Shown here: in pieces, positions 1 to 9,044 of the stretch
How the letters are laid out: the number at the start of each line of letters is the position of its first letter
How positions within the stretch are numbered: position 1 is the first letter of the stretch
Assembly (NCBI GenBank): GCA_016860985.1
Contig: BOKM01000001.1
Span: 527,462-591,461, forward strand
From: Patescibacteria group bacterium
Lineage (GTDB): Bacteria > Patescibacteriota > Dojkabacteria > GCA-002793355
Direction: 5' to 3'
Length of the DNA: 64,000 nucleotides
Program-made: the position numbers and the translations under genes
Notes under the pieces: model-generated
Database searches by the model: none
What the model was told of the DNA's origin: nothing
What the model saw: the letters and a program-made list of their open reading frames with translations, nothing else

Positions 1-765
1 GATTGAAATCTTTGGCTTTCCTGGCCCCTTGTCTGCGTCGAGTTCTGGGAGGTCAACGTCATCGACATCGAGCGGTTTTATGTGTGGATTTAACGTGTTT
101 TCAATATCAAGCTCTCTGGAATCGTCGTCTTTTTTATCGCCCTTCTTTAATCCGGTGGTTTCTTTGTTCACAATTTCGGGCTTCATATCAGCTTCTGGAA
201 CCTTTCCTGTTGCTGCTTGGAACAAGGAACCAAAGAGTTTGCCAAAGAAGCCAAATATAGCGGTAAGGATTTCGCCCGCCTGTTCTATGGAAAGTCCGCT
301 AATAATCGACATTGCAAGCAGAACGATGGACCATAAAATTCCAATTTCGGCGGGTCTTCCCAGAAATCCTTGTAGCCATTGATGTAACGACGCTCCGATA
401 GAGCCACCTCCACGTGCTTGTACAGCTTCTGAGTACGAAAGCACCGTATCACCTTGGTCTGCCATTGCAGAAAGTAAGGGGAGTGCAGCAACAAGCAGCA
501 TAATTAGCCCTGTTAGAAATCGTTCACTCGTAATGTATGTTTTTACCCCCACCATTCGTAACCCTACAACTATAGAAATTGCGCCAAGAATATAGGTGGT
601 CTGACCAAAACTCGATTGGATTAACAGTGGAATTGTTCCTGGAAGGGAATTGTTAAAAAAAAGTGAAGCACCAACCGCGACAAAAACAAAGCCTAAAAAC
701 ACCTGAGTTTCGCGACTTTTTATTGTGAGTTCTTTAGATTTTGAGGGGCGTCCTCTTTTTGCCAT
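1..765 (-). CDS. DNA translocase FtsK/SpoIIIE-like, N-terminal membrane domain. The gene continues past the window edge; its start codon is at 765.
   Basis: Hand translation of the minus strand from the ATG at 765 is open all the way to position 1. It begins MAKRGRPSKSKELTIKSRETQVFLGF..., is followed by about four hydrophobic helices and then an acidic/lysine-rich linker, as in FtsK/SpoIIIE N-termini. The motor domain lies outside the window. Confidence 0.45.
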   Translation of the reverse strand, partial: MAKRGRPSKSKELTIKSRETQVFLGFVFVAVGASLFFNNSLPGTIPLLIQSSFGQTTYILGAISIVVGLRMVGVKTYITSERFLTGLIMLLVAALPLLSAMADQGDTVLSYSEAVQARGGGSIGASLHQWLQGFLGRPAEIGILWSIVLLAMSIISGLSIEQAGEILTAIFGFFGKLFGSLFQAATGKVPEADMKPEIVNKETTGLKKGDKKDDDSRELDIENTLNPHIKPLDVDDVDLPELDADKGPGKPKISI

Positions 766-814
766 AACCCGTCATTATACACGATTTTCACTCAAAAACT
801 GCTAAAACTGTTGG

Positions 815-1750
815 GTGGAATGCTACAATAACAACATGAACGAAACATACGATCTTGCAATTGTAGGAATGGGGTTTGCTGGTTATACCGGCGGTATTTA
901 TGCAGCCCGCTATGGATTAAAAACGGTAATAATTGGAGACGTATTTGGAGGACAAACAGCAGAAGCACATATTATTGGAAATTATCCCGGATTCGAAGAG
1001 ATCACAGGAATGGAACTTATGCAGAGAGTACAAGCACAAACGCTAAAACTCGGAGTGACCGAAATATATGAGAGGGTTAATCACGTAAAAGTGCACGGTA
1101 ACGACACTGGTTTTGAGTTAGAGCTTGCAAATGGAAAAACCGTCACAACAAAGAAAGTACTCCTTACAATCGGTATGAACAGAAGAAAACTTAATGTACC
1201 CGGGGAGTCAGAATTTTATGGAAAGGGAGTAACCTATTGCGCAACTTGCGACGGTTATTTCTTTAAAGGAAAAGACGTAGCGGTCATCGGTGGCGGAGAT
1301 TCTGCCGTTACTGCAGCCCTTTATCTTGCAGATATCTGTAATTCAGTCCAACTCCTTGTAAGAAGTGACCAATTAAGAGCCGAACAATACTGGATTAACA
1401 AACTTGAACAAAACAAAAAAATTACGGTTCGATTCAACTCTGGAATAGAAAAGTTTACAGGTGGAGAAACACTGGAAACGATTCACACAACAAACACTGA
1501 GAATCCCGAAATTCACGTAAGTGGGGCCTTTATTGAGATTGGGCACGCACCAAATAAAACCTTTACAGAAGCAATTGGAATAACGACAGATGAGCATGGG
1601 TTTATCATTGTAGACAAAAATCAACAAACCTCACAAAAAGGGATTTTCGCGGCCGGAGATAGCACAAACGCCTCGAACAAGTTCGCTCAGCTCCTCACCG
1701 CGGCCTCAGAAGCTGCCATTGCAGTAGAAGCAATAACAAAAGGAGAGTAG
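815..1750 (+). CDS. trxB: Thioredoxin-disulfide reductase.
   Basis: The protein has two Rossmann GxGxxG/A motifs (IVGMGFAG and VIGGGDSAV) and the redox-active CATCDG motif, and is 311 aa. Confidence 0.85.
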   Translation: MECYNNNMNETYDLAIVGMGFAGYTGGIYAARYGLKTVIIGDVFGGQTAEAHIIGNYPGFEEITGMELMQRVQAQTLKLGVTEIYERVNHVKVHGNDTGFELELANGKTVTTKKVLLTIGMNRRKLNVPGESEFYGKGVTYCATCDGYFFKGKDVAVIGGGDSAVTAALYLADICNSVQLLVRSDQLRAEQYWINKLEQNKKITVRFNSGIEKFTGGETLETIHTTNTENPEIHVSGAFIEIGHAPNKTFTEAIGITTDEHGFIIVDKNQQTSQKGIFAAGDSTNASNKFAQLLTAASEAAIAVEAITKGE

Positions 1751-1976
1751 TGCACTCTTAAATTCCAATTCAATTTTAGTGTTTATTTTCCACCTGTTCT
1801 TATTATCTTTCTTTTTTATGCTTGCCAGATCAATATTGTCACACAATCATTTCACGGAGGTGGACAATTTAAGAACAAGTCGTCGCCACAAAGTATGTTC
1901 CATGTTGATTTCACAGAAACAGATAGTTGTGGATACAGAGCAGCTTCCAAAACTGCCTTAAAATAGAAGAGTCTCG

Positions 1977-3293
1977 CTATTTGGTAAACAATGTCCGAAA
2001 CACGAACTTGAAATCTTTAAGCACTCTATCACGCTGTCGCTTACGGATATGCTTTTGTTGGTCAAAAAACATTCTGTAAATCCACGCAAGATGAAGTTTA
2101 TCAATCAGACTTGGCTCCTTCTTTTGAAAGCCTGCAATTAGTTCAATAGCACGACCAATACAAAAGGCGATTCCAAAATTAACTCCAAGCTTCTTAAGTC
2201 TGTGCACAAAAATCTCTTGTGTAGGAACCGTCATACCAGCAAAAATAATATCCGGCTTTTTCTCGTTAATATCTGCGACAATTGCGTCCATTATTTCTTT
2301 ATTCTCCAAGAAGCCAAACGGTGGAGTGCTAATTCCTACAAAATTCTCCTTCATGTGAGGATAAATCGACAAAAAATAATCACGTGTTTTATACGGTACA
2401 TTACCAAAACCACCCACAATATAGATAGTGTAGGGCAGTGCCTCATTTCCAATGGTATTAATTAGCTGCATAAATAGGTCGACTCCCGTGACTTGTTCGG
2501 CAGGTTGATAGCCAAGTGATGCCTTGCCAAACATCACAAGTGGCGGGTAACCGTCGGCCGTGTGCAAAAAGGAGTCTTTGTACACTTGCTTAAACTCCTC
2601 GTGTTCGATATCAAAAAGAAATCGCAAGTGATCAAGATTTGGGGTAACAAGAATTTTTGCCGGAACCTTTGCAATGTCCCTCTTTGCAACATATCTTTCG
2701 CGAAGACTCTCCAAAATTATAGAAAGCACCTCTTTTTTGGTACCTGGGAATACATTAAGCAACTGAGATCGAAACAACGGAAAAGGATAACTTACCCCAG
2801 ATGTTCCTCTTTTTTTGTAGAATAATCCCCAAAACACTTCTTTCGTAATACCCGCGAGTCGACGCCATAAAGGCAACTCTTTATCTGTTTCTTTCCACAA
2901 GGCCTTAAACTCTGCTTTTTCTTGCTCGCTCCCACCTCGAATTCCTGTGGTTCCATCATTTAACACCACAACCTTATCCAAGGAATCTTTCGAAAAAAGC
3001 AAAACCTCTGGCTCATTTAGCAATTGCATCGTTTTTCGCTCTTGCGTCGTTTCTGGGATTCTTACGAAAACATGCTCTTCCACAACTAACTGAGGATAAT
3101 CTCTTACATTCACTTTTGCCTGAAGTGCGAGCGTGTAAGGAGAAAGTGCTTCCGACTGCAATAATCGTTGCGCGTGCTTTGTAACAACAGCAATGCGAAA
3201 CAGTTCATCCAAGCGATTAGGGTTTACTCTTAATACGGGGATCCCATCAAGCGTTTGTGGAAGATTGTTTAAAGTCAAAACGGACATACTCAT
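1977..3293 (-). CDS. WecB/TagA/CpsF-family (GT26) glycosyltransferase with an N-terminal extension of about 200 aa.
   Basis: The C-terminal roughly 230 aa (ILVTPNLDHLRF...ADGYPPLV...IYIVGG...PDIIFAGMTVPTQEIF) match the WecG/TagA family pattern. The N-terminal part is unassigned. Confidence 0.55.
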   Translation of the reverse strand: MSMSVLTLNNLPQTLDGIPVLRVNPNRLDELFRIAVVTKHAQRLLQSEALSPYTLALQAKVNVRDYPQLVVEEHVFVRIPETTQERKTMQLLNEPEVLLFSKDSLDKVVVLNDGTTGIRGGSEQEKAEFKALWKETDKELPLWRRLAGITKEVFWGLFYKKRGTSGVSYPFPLFRSQLLNVFPGTKKEVLSIILESLRERYVAKRDIAKVPAKILVTPNLDHLRFLFDIEHEEFKQVYKDSFLHTADGYPPLVMFGKASLGYQPAEQVTGVDLFMQLINTIGNEALPYTIYIVGGFGNVPYKTRDYFLSIYPHMKENFVGISTPPFGFLENKEIMDAIVADINEKKPDIIFAGMTVPTQEIFVHRLKKLGVNFGIAFCIGRAIELIAGFQKKEPSLIDKLHLAWIYRMFFDQQKHIRKRQRDRVLKDFKFVFRTLFTK

Positions 3294-3310
3294 ACGCTAT
3301 TGTACCTCGC

Positions 3311-5161
3311 TTATGTGTGTTTCTCAATTTTCTTTAATTCACTCATGTACAGCGAAAGATCCGCTTGTAGTTTTTCTATTGCTTCTTCGTTCTGAGCCGC
3401 TTCGGCTGTTGATAATTCTTTACGTAACACTTCCAGTTTCAGTGCAATAGATTGTCTCTTTAGCCGAGTCCACGCTCTAAAAAAGTCTGTCACAACGTCA
3501 TCGGAAATTACAATATTTGCGGAGGAATCTGAAAGTCCGATTCGTTCAATCAACTCTGCTGCTTCAGGCTTTTTTTCTGATATTTCTGCAATCCAGCGAG
3601 AGAAATCAAGTGACACCTCATTTGCAAAGCGCGAATAAATGGTGTCCCACGATACCGTTACGCGTCTTTCTTTTTTGTCATAGACACTTTTGACTAAGTG
3701 TTCATGTTTTTTAGCGAAAAAACAGAGTTCCAAAAAGAGTTCTCGTTGTTCTTTAATGATAAAATAATTCTGAATTTTCTCAGGCTTTCCCATGAGTAGC
3801 GTCACCATAGGAAAGAGTAGAACAAGGCTTAACAAATATTCAGAGGTAGAAAGAACACCTTGCTTTTGCTTCATTTCTTCTCTTACGAATGTCGGGGGTA
3901 ATGTTTTTTGGATTGCAGCAAGAATACCCTGAAAAGAAAGTCCAAGTGCTTCGGCATATTGTTTCGCAACAATATTTTGTTTTAGTTCTGGGGCATGCCC
4001 AAGGAGCTCTGTTATTTGATGAAGGTTTCGCTCAAATTCCTGCACATCTTTTTTCATCAATCCTTTTAAGGTGGCTATCTGTGACTGAAAGTATTCTTGG
4101 GGATGAGAAGCACGGTCTAGCCAATCGTCTGGTCTTTTTTGAATTAAATCGTCAATATCTTTTACATCTGGTGGTAGCGACACAATATAAACAGATAAAT
4201 CCTGTGCTACCGCAAGCTGAACACCTCGAAGCACAGACTTTTGCCCTGCTTGATCATTGTCAAAACAAAACGCGATGTTCTTCGTATAACGTGACAAAAG
4301 TGAAATTTGAGTATCGGTCAGTCCTGTACCAAGGGGAGCAACTACATGTTCAACACCTACTTGATGCGAAGTAATCGCGTCTAGTTGCCCTTCGCAAATA
4401 ATTGCCATATCTTTTTTACTTATCGCGTCTTTGGCAAAATTGAGTCCAAACAACGTAAAGCGTTTTTTAAATAGAATACTTTCTGCAGAATTGAGGTATT
4501 TAGGGCGAATATCTTCTTTTTGAATAACTCTGCCGCTAAATCCTACCACTTGCCCACCAGTATCGAAGATCGGGAACATTAATCTGTCGGTGTACTTGTC
4601 GTTGCCGCGTTCATTAACAAAGCCTGCCTCTTTTATCTCTAGTGCTGAAAACCCTTTTTTGGATAGATATCGCTGAACCAATTTGTTGTCGAACGGAGCA
4701 TATCCAATTTTATACTTCGCGATAGTTGCCTCTGTAAGCTTCCTTTTGTTTTTTGCGTAAGAGAGAGCGTTTTTACCTTGTTCAAGATTCATCAAAATAT
4801 AATGATACAACTCTGCAATAATTTTATACGCTTCTCTGTATCGGGAAACTTTTTTTATTGCCGGATCTTCATTCTTTTGTAGCGTAATGCCCACTTCTTC
4901 GGCAAGTTTTTCAAGTGCCTGCGGAAACTCAAGATGCTCGATTTCTTGAACGAATTTGATTGCATCACCCGACTTGCCACAACCAAAACACTTAAATATT
5001 CCGAGAGAAGGATTAACATTAAAGGATGGCGTCTTTTCCCCATGAAACGGACAGAGACCAGTATAATTTCGACCTGCCTTCTTTAATTTGACGTAACGAG
5101 AAACTACCGCAACAATGTCGACTCTCGCTTTTACTTCTTGTATATCGCCGTTTGTACTCAT
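3311..5161 (-). CDS. dnaG: DNA primase.
   Basis: It carries a CHC2 zinc finger (CPFHGEKTPSF...CFGCGKSGD), a TOPRIM region (IICEGQLDAI...FCFDNDQAGQ), and is 616 aa. Confidence 0.9.
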   Translation of the reverse strand: MSTNGDIQEVKARVDIVAVVSRYVKLKKAGRNYTGLCPFHGEKTPSFNVNPSLGIFKCFGCGKSGDAIKFVQEIEHLEFPQALEKLAEEVGITLQKNEDPAIKKVSRYREAYKIIAELYHYILMNLEQGKNALSYAKNKRKLTEATIAKYKIGYAPFDNKLVQRYLSKKGFSALEIKEAGFVNERGNDKYTDRLMFPIFDTGGQVVGFSGRVIQKEDIRPKYLNSAESILFKKRFTLFGLNFAKDAISKKDMAIICEGQLDAITSHQVGVEHVVAPLGTGLTDTQISLLSRYTKNIAFCFDNDQAGQKSVLRGVQLAVAQDLSVYIVSLPPDVKDIDDLIQKRPDDWLDRASHPQEYFQSQIATLKGLMKKDVQEFERNLHQITELLGHAPELKQNIVAKQYAEALGLSFQGILAAIQKTLPPTFVREEMKQKQGVLSTSEYLLSLVLLFPMVTLLMGKPEKIQNYFIIKEQRELFLELCFFAKKHEHLVKSVYDKKERRVTVSWDTIYSRFANEVSLDFSRWIAEISEKKPEAAELIERIGLSDSSANIVISDDVVTDFFRAWTRLKRQSIALKLEVLRKELSTAEAAQNEEAIEKLQADLSLYMSELKKIEKHT

Positions 5162-5200
5162 AGCTAATAAAAAATGGGGGTAGTGGTCAATTATACAAGA

Positions 5201-5557
5201 TTACAGCAATGCTTTCTGCAAAGCGGTAACAGCGAGCAAAGCGCAAGGAGCTCGTCTGTCTTCGCTACTCATTCCAAATTCGTCAAGAAGTTCCTTTTTT
5301 AAATCCTCAAAATGGCAATCAGCAACAAACTGGCCTTCTATTCGTCTAGAGAGATATTCTGCCGCAGCAATGGTAATTGAACAAGCCTGTACAGAGTATT
5401 GAGCCTCAATAATTCGCTCATTTACTACCTGCACAAGAAAAGCGATCTCATCCCCACATGACTTGTTTGAAGTCAATTGCTCCTCTGACAATGCTCGTTG
5501 GTTTCTATGTAATTGCTCGCGGTAATAAACGAGAATTGTCTGATTGTTCATTAGCAA
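5201..5557 (-). CDS. NifU/IscU/SufU-like Fe-S cluster scaffold protein.
   Basis: The 118-aa protein has conserved Cys in a SCGDEI context, a second Cys in CSITIAAAEYL and a third in APCALLAVTALQKA, resembling the SufU/IscU Cys triad. Confidence 0.5.
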   Translation of the reverse strand: MLMNNQTILVYYREQLHRNQRALSEEQLTSNKSCGDEIAFLVQVVNERIIEAQYSVQACSITIAAAEYLSRRIEGQFVADCHFEDLKKELLDEFGMSSEDRRAPCALLAVTALQKALL

Positions 5558-5579
5558 TTATACCTTGATTGCAAAAACG

Positions 5580-6182
5580 TCACTCATTCCAGTAAAACGC
5601 ATATTGCGTCCCTTTTTTAGGATAGCTTATTGCAGGTGCTAAATCAGTATCTAATTCGAGAATTAAAGGGTCTACACTTGCAACCTTGAATACTATAGAA
5701 GCGGGAAGCTTTGTGCCATAGCCACTTGTCGAATAATTCAATGTTATATAACCGCCAGTAATATAATCTTCGCTCTTAGTGTATTTCTCAACAAAAGTTC
5801 CTTCTAGTATTACCCCCATGCCATCCCTCTCGTACAAATCTAGAATAAATGATTTTGTTTCACTATTTAAACGGAGGGTGTAGTCTTCAAAAGAATTAAG
5901 TAATTTACCAGTTTCCGACTTCAACTCTCTGATATTTCGATATACCTCGGTTTTGTAATTTTCTGGATAACTCCCGTCTTGAGAGATATCCATCCCATAT
6001 CTTCCATACGAACACACGGGTGTTGACTGTTTAGTCTTCGATGCTTCTAATTCCGACTCTAGGTAACCAATGGCAACTCTTTTTTGGTCTAATTCTATTT
6101 GCAATGTATAAATCTGCCAACACAACACTGCCAAAGCAATAAGTACCGTCATAAATACACCGGAAGGTATGTCTTTTTTCAT
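5580..6182 (-). CDS. Hypothetical secreted or membrane-anchored protein.
   Basis: It has an N-terminal hydrophobic segment (VFMTVLIALAVLCWQIY) and no recognisable motifs. Confidence 0.35.
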   Translation of the reverse strand: MKKDIPSGVFMTVLIALAVLCWQIYTLQIELDQKRVAIGYLESELEASKTKQSTPVCSYGRYGMDISQDGSYPENYKTEVYRNIRELKSETGKLLNSFEDYTLRLNSETKSFILDLYERDGMGVILEGTFVEKYTKSEDYITGGYITLNYSTSGYGTKLPASIVFKVASVDPLILELDTDLAPAISYPKKGTQYAFYWNE

Positions 6183-6464
6183 ATACTATTTTACCAGAAT
6201 CAATCGTTGTTTCCAGGAGGTAGGGGATTCGGTCACCTCGTGGAAATTTTGTTCTCTTTGCTTCAAAACATCACGCGCCTCGACCCCCGGTTCTTTCGAC
6301 AACAAATTATTGTTGTCTCACTCCCGTTTCGAATCCCTCTGTTGAATCTTTATATTTGTACTTTTCTCTCCCTGATCTTTACCGTATTTGTGTTTTTCGG
6401 ATCCTGACTGTAACGAGAAAATACTGTGTGTTTTTGAGTAAGGAGGGAGAGAAAAATACAAATA

Positions 6465-6553
6465 CGGAGAAGGAGGGATTCGAACCCTCGATACCCAAAA
6501 AAGGGTATAACGGTTTAGCAAACCGTCGCCTTCAGCCACTCGGCCACCTCTCC
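6465..6553 (-). tRNA. tRNA-Ser (anticodon GCT), type II with a long variable arm.
   Basis: Hand-folded: acceptor GGAGAGG/CTTCTCC with one G-U pair, D-arm GCC/GGC, anticodon arm ACGGT-TTGCTAA-ACCGT, a 20-nt variable arm, T-arm GAGGG-TTCGAAT-CCCTC, discriminator G. CCA is not encoded. Confidence 0.85.
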
Positions 6554-6556
6554 AAA

Positions 6557-6568
6557 CCGCCGAAGCGG
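6557..6568 (-). terminator. A perfect GC hairpin (CCGC-TTCG-GCGG) followed by TTT, directly abutting the 5' end of tRNA-Ser. It is either a terminator for the upstream membrane-protein gene or a tRNA leader processing structure.
   Basis: On the minus strand the sequence reads ...CCCTCCGCTTCGGCGGTTT|GGAGAGG(tRNA). The stem is 4 bp with a UUCG-type loop and only 3 U residues follow. Confidence 0.3.
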
Positions 6569-6603
6569 AGGGACTTAAACACTATCTATACAAGAAAAGC
6601 CCT

Positions 6604-6972
6604 TTATGCTGACTTTGTTCCAGAAACAGCTTTTTCTGCTTGCTGTTCTGCCCAGTCACCGATTAAAGGTGCCTTCCACATTTCGCCCTGGAAGGCTTTA
6701 ATCAAACCAATAACCCAGAGTACTAAATAGGCAAGAGGAACAATACATGTCCAGGAAAGCACGGTGTTCAAAACAAAACCAACAACACCAAACGCAAGTG
6801 ACTGCCAGGCATGGAATTGAATATACTTGTCCTTTTTGTAGGAGTCTACCAATATAAAAATCAACGAAGAAAGAGGAGCAAAGAACCATGCCAATGCTGC
6901 CATTAAATTGCTGTTACTATCTGAGTTCACTGTCTTTGCTTTTGTCTCTTCTGCTTTTACTACTTCTGCCAT
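6604..6972 (-). CDS. Small integral membrane protein (DUF4870-like).
   Basis: The 122-aa protein has two or three TM helices and a HAWQSLAFG motif. The function is unknown. Confidence 0.4.
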   Translation of the reverse strand: MAEVVKAEETKAKTVNSDSNSNLMAALAWFFAPLSSLIFILVDSYKKDKYIQFHAWQSLAFGVVGFVLNTVLSWTCIVPLAYLVLWVIGLIKAFQGEMWKAPLIGDWAEQQAEKAVSGTKSA

Positions 6973-7010
6973 ATGTATTAATTCAAAATTATCTAATGAT
7001 TATAACACCT

Positions 7011-7346
7011 TTACAGGCCTAGGTCTGTATTGTCGATTCCGAGTACATTTTTTACAATGCCAAGCACGATAAAGGCAACTCCACACACAATCAAGCCAAT
7101 GATTGAGTATTGAATCGCAGCCATACCGTTTTTCACTTTTGCTGGTTCACCTGCACTCATGATGTAATCGAGACCACCTCTGATAAAAAAGAAAGTCGCA
7201 ATAATAGTACAGAGAATGATAAAAAGATTAAAAAAACCTGCAATTCGTTCTGCAGCTGAGCCTGGAGCAACAAAACCTGAAGGAACGGTCGAGTTTCCGA
7301 TAAGATTCGTTGCCTGCCCTAATATTTTGTTTACTGCCATTAACAT
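7011..7346 (-). CDS. TrbC/VirB2-like type IV secretion pilin, paralog 1.
   Basis: About 110 aa with two TM helices separated by a conserved YIMSAGEPAKVK...IIGLIV block. It is adjacent to two paralogs with the same architecture. Confidence 0.5.
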   Translation of the reverse strand: MLMAVNKILGQATNLIGNSTVPSGFVAPGSAAERIAGFFNLFIILCTIIATFFFIRGGLDYIMSAGEPAKVKNGMAAIQYSIIGLIVCGVAFIVLGIVKNVLGIDNTDLGL

Positions 7347-7365
7347 ATGTATCCTTTTTAATTAA

Positions 7366-7677
7366 TTATGCTCCGACAATACCTCTATTTACTAACGCTA
7401 ATGCAACAAAGGCAAAAGCGATAATAACCAAACCAATAACGGCGTTTGTCATCATGGCCTGCGCCATTTTCACTTTACCCGGATCTCCGGTACTCATTAT
7501 GTAGGAGTACCCTGCATAAATAAACATCGCAACAAAGAGAATCGAAGCGAGAGGAAGCACAACGGCAAGAACATTATTCACTAAATCCCAAACTGTTGTT
7601 ATTTTGCCCCCTAATGGATCTGTGAGAGAAATGAGAGCTGCTTGTAATGTATTTGTTGGAATCATAGTTATAATCAT
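7366..7677 (-). CDS. TrbC/VirB2-like type IV secretion pilin, paralog 2.
   Basis: It carries YIMSTGDPGKVK...VIGLVI between two TM helices, the same architecture as its neighbours. Confidence 0.5.
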   Translation of the reverse strand: MIITMIPTNTLQAALISLTDPLGGKITTVWDLVNNVLAVVLPLASILFVAMFIYAGYSYIMSTGDPGKVKMAQAMMTNAVIGLVIIAFAFVALALVNRGIVGA

Positions 7678-7681
7678 TAAA

Positions 7682-8017
7682 TTATCCGACTAAATCTGCA
7701 ATACCTAATGCTCCAAGAATTATTCTTACTAACGCAACCGCAAGAAGAATCAATAAAAAGCCCATCAACGCGTTCTGTATTTGATCCTGGGCATCTTGAA
7801 TCCCTTTTGCATCACCTTTACTCGACATCATTTTGTAACCACTAATAGACACAAGAATAACTGCGACGGCTACTCCAAGACTTAAACCGACCGTAGTGAT
7901 TTTATTAACCAAACTATTTGGATCTGCGCCAACAGGGTCGCTACCGTCAATAAGAATCATCGATGGCGCTTGGGCAAGAAGATTGTAGGTTATTTGCTGT
8001 ACGACAGAAAGAGTCAT
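7682..8017 (-). CDS. TrbC/VirB2-like type IV secretion pilin, paralog 3.
   Basis: It carries YKMMSSKGDAKG...ALMGFLLILL between two TM helices, the same architecture. Confidence 0.45.
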   Translation of the reverse strand: MTLSVVQQITYNLLAQAPSMILIDGSDPVGADPNSLVNKITTVGLSLGVAVAVILVSISGYKMMSSKGDAKGIQDAQDQIQNALMGFLLILLAVALVRIILGALGIADLVG

Positions 8018-8051
8018 AACAAATGTATTATATCAGGAGCGGGGATTACAA

Positions 8052-9044
8052 TCAAAAAGTAATTTCCGACGGCCGAGGGTCACGGAGATCGACAATAATT
8101 TCTTCCGTCGAACTAAACTCATGCCCATTAGTACACACATATCCAGTAGGTTTGCGACTTACCTCAGCGTAACATAGAGGACAACAGAGCGACTCATGCA
8201 ATACAAGCCCCTCATTTTTGTGCACATCGGTTAAAGAAAGAGGTTTTCTCACTACAAAAAAGACGCTCGGCGTAATCTGTGTCCAGCCAAATAATGATTG
8301 GGCAATTTTTTCTAACGAGAGTAGAAGGGTATGCGGAAGATACTTTTTGAATACTTGATGTCTAAAAAAGGAACAAGAATAGCGCCCCTCTAGTTCTAGT
8401 CCAACTTTTTGAGTTAATTTGGCAATATACGAAGGAGAAAAATTGTACATAATCGACACTTGGCCTTCTTTCATTCCTTGTGAGGTTTGTTGGTGTCCAA
8501 CCTGAATAGTGTTAACCTTTAAATACTGCAGAAGCTTGAATTTAAAGGCATGTCGAACGAGTGCAAGTATATGGTTCTTATTCGCAAATTCAATAATGGC
8601 AACTCCCCCAGGAGATAACGTTCGAGCAAGTTCTTCCCAAAACAATTCAATGTTTTTAAGATGATGCATAACGCGAACAGAAAGTAATGCTTGCAACGAG
8701 TTATTTTTATAAGGGAGCTTGTACGCGTTAAGTGCAACGAAAGAGAATTTTTTTTGCTCCGGAAGGGCTGAGATTCTTTTGATTCCTTCTTTTAATTCCG
8801 ATGTCGAATAATCTGCAAGAATAACGCCTTTTGCATCCTTTTCGTAGAGAAAAGAGAGTCGACCATAGGCACCACCTAGATCCATTATTTGTCTGTCTGC
8901 AAGGTCAGGTATGTGTTTTTTTAGTAGTTTTTTCAAAAGTAATACTTCTGACTCATGCTCGTACTGCCTGCCTTTCCAGAATTCTTGATACCGATAGTCA
9001 TTTAACTCGTAATTGGCTACAAAATCTTTAGATTCACTGTTCAT
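8052..9044 (-). CDS. Class I SAM-dependent methyltransferase with a C-terminal zinc ribbon.
   Basis: Motif I is MDLGGAYGRL. The C-terminus (CCPLCYAEVSRKPTGYVCTNGHEF) looks like a Zn ribbon. Confidence 0.55.
   Translation of the reverse strand: MNSESKDFVANYELNDYRYQEFWKGRQYEHESEVLLLKKLLKKHIPDLADRQIMDLGGAYGRLSFLYEKDAKGVILADYSTSELKEGIKRISALPEQKKFSFVALNAYKLPYKNNSLQALLSVRVMHHLKNIELFWEELARTLSPGGVAIIEFANKNHILALVRHAFKFKLLQYLKVNTIQVGHQQTSQGMKEGQVSIMYNFSPSYIAKLTQKVGLELEGRYSCSFFRHQVFKKYLPHTLLLSLEKIAQSLFGWTQITPSVFFVVRKPLSLTDVHKNEGLVLHESLCCPLCYAEVSRKPTGYVCTNGHEFSSTEEIIVDLRDPRPSEITF

Noticed and set aside
3889-4374. The 161-aa plus-strand ORF inside dnaG.
   Set aside because: It is antisense to the well-supported dnaG gene and has no independent evidence.
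6318-6730. ORFs 6318..6539(-) and 6356..6730(+) from the six-frame track.
   Set aside because: They overlap tRNA-Ser (6465..6553) and the adjacent GC hairpin, have no coding signature, and are most likely spurious.
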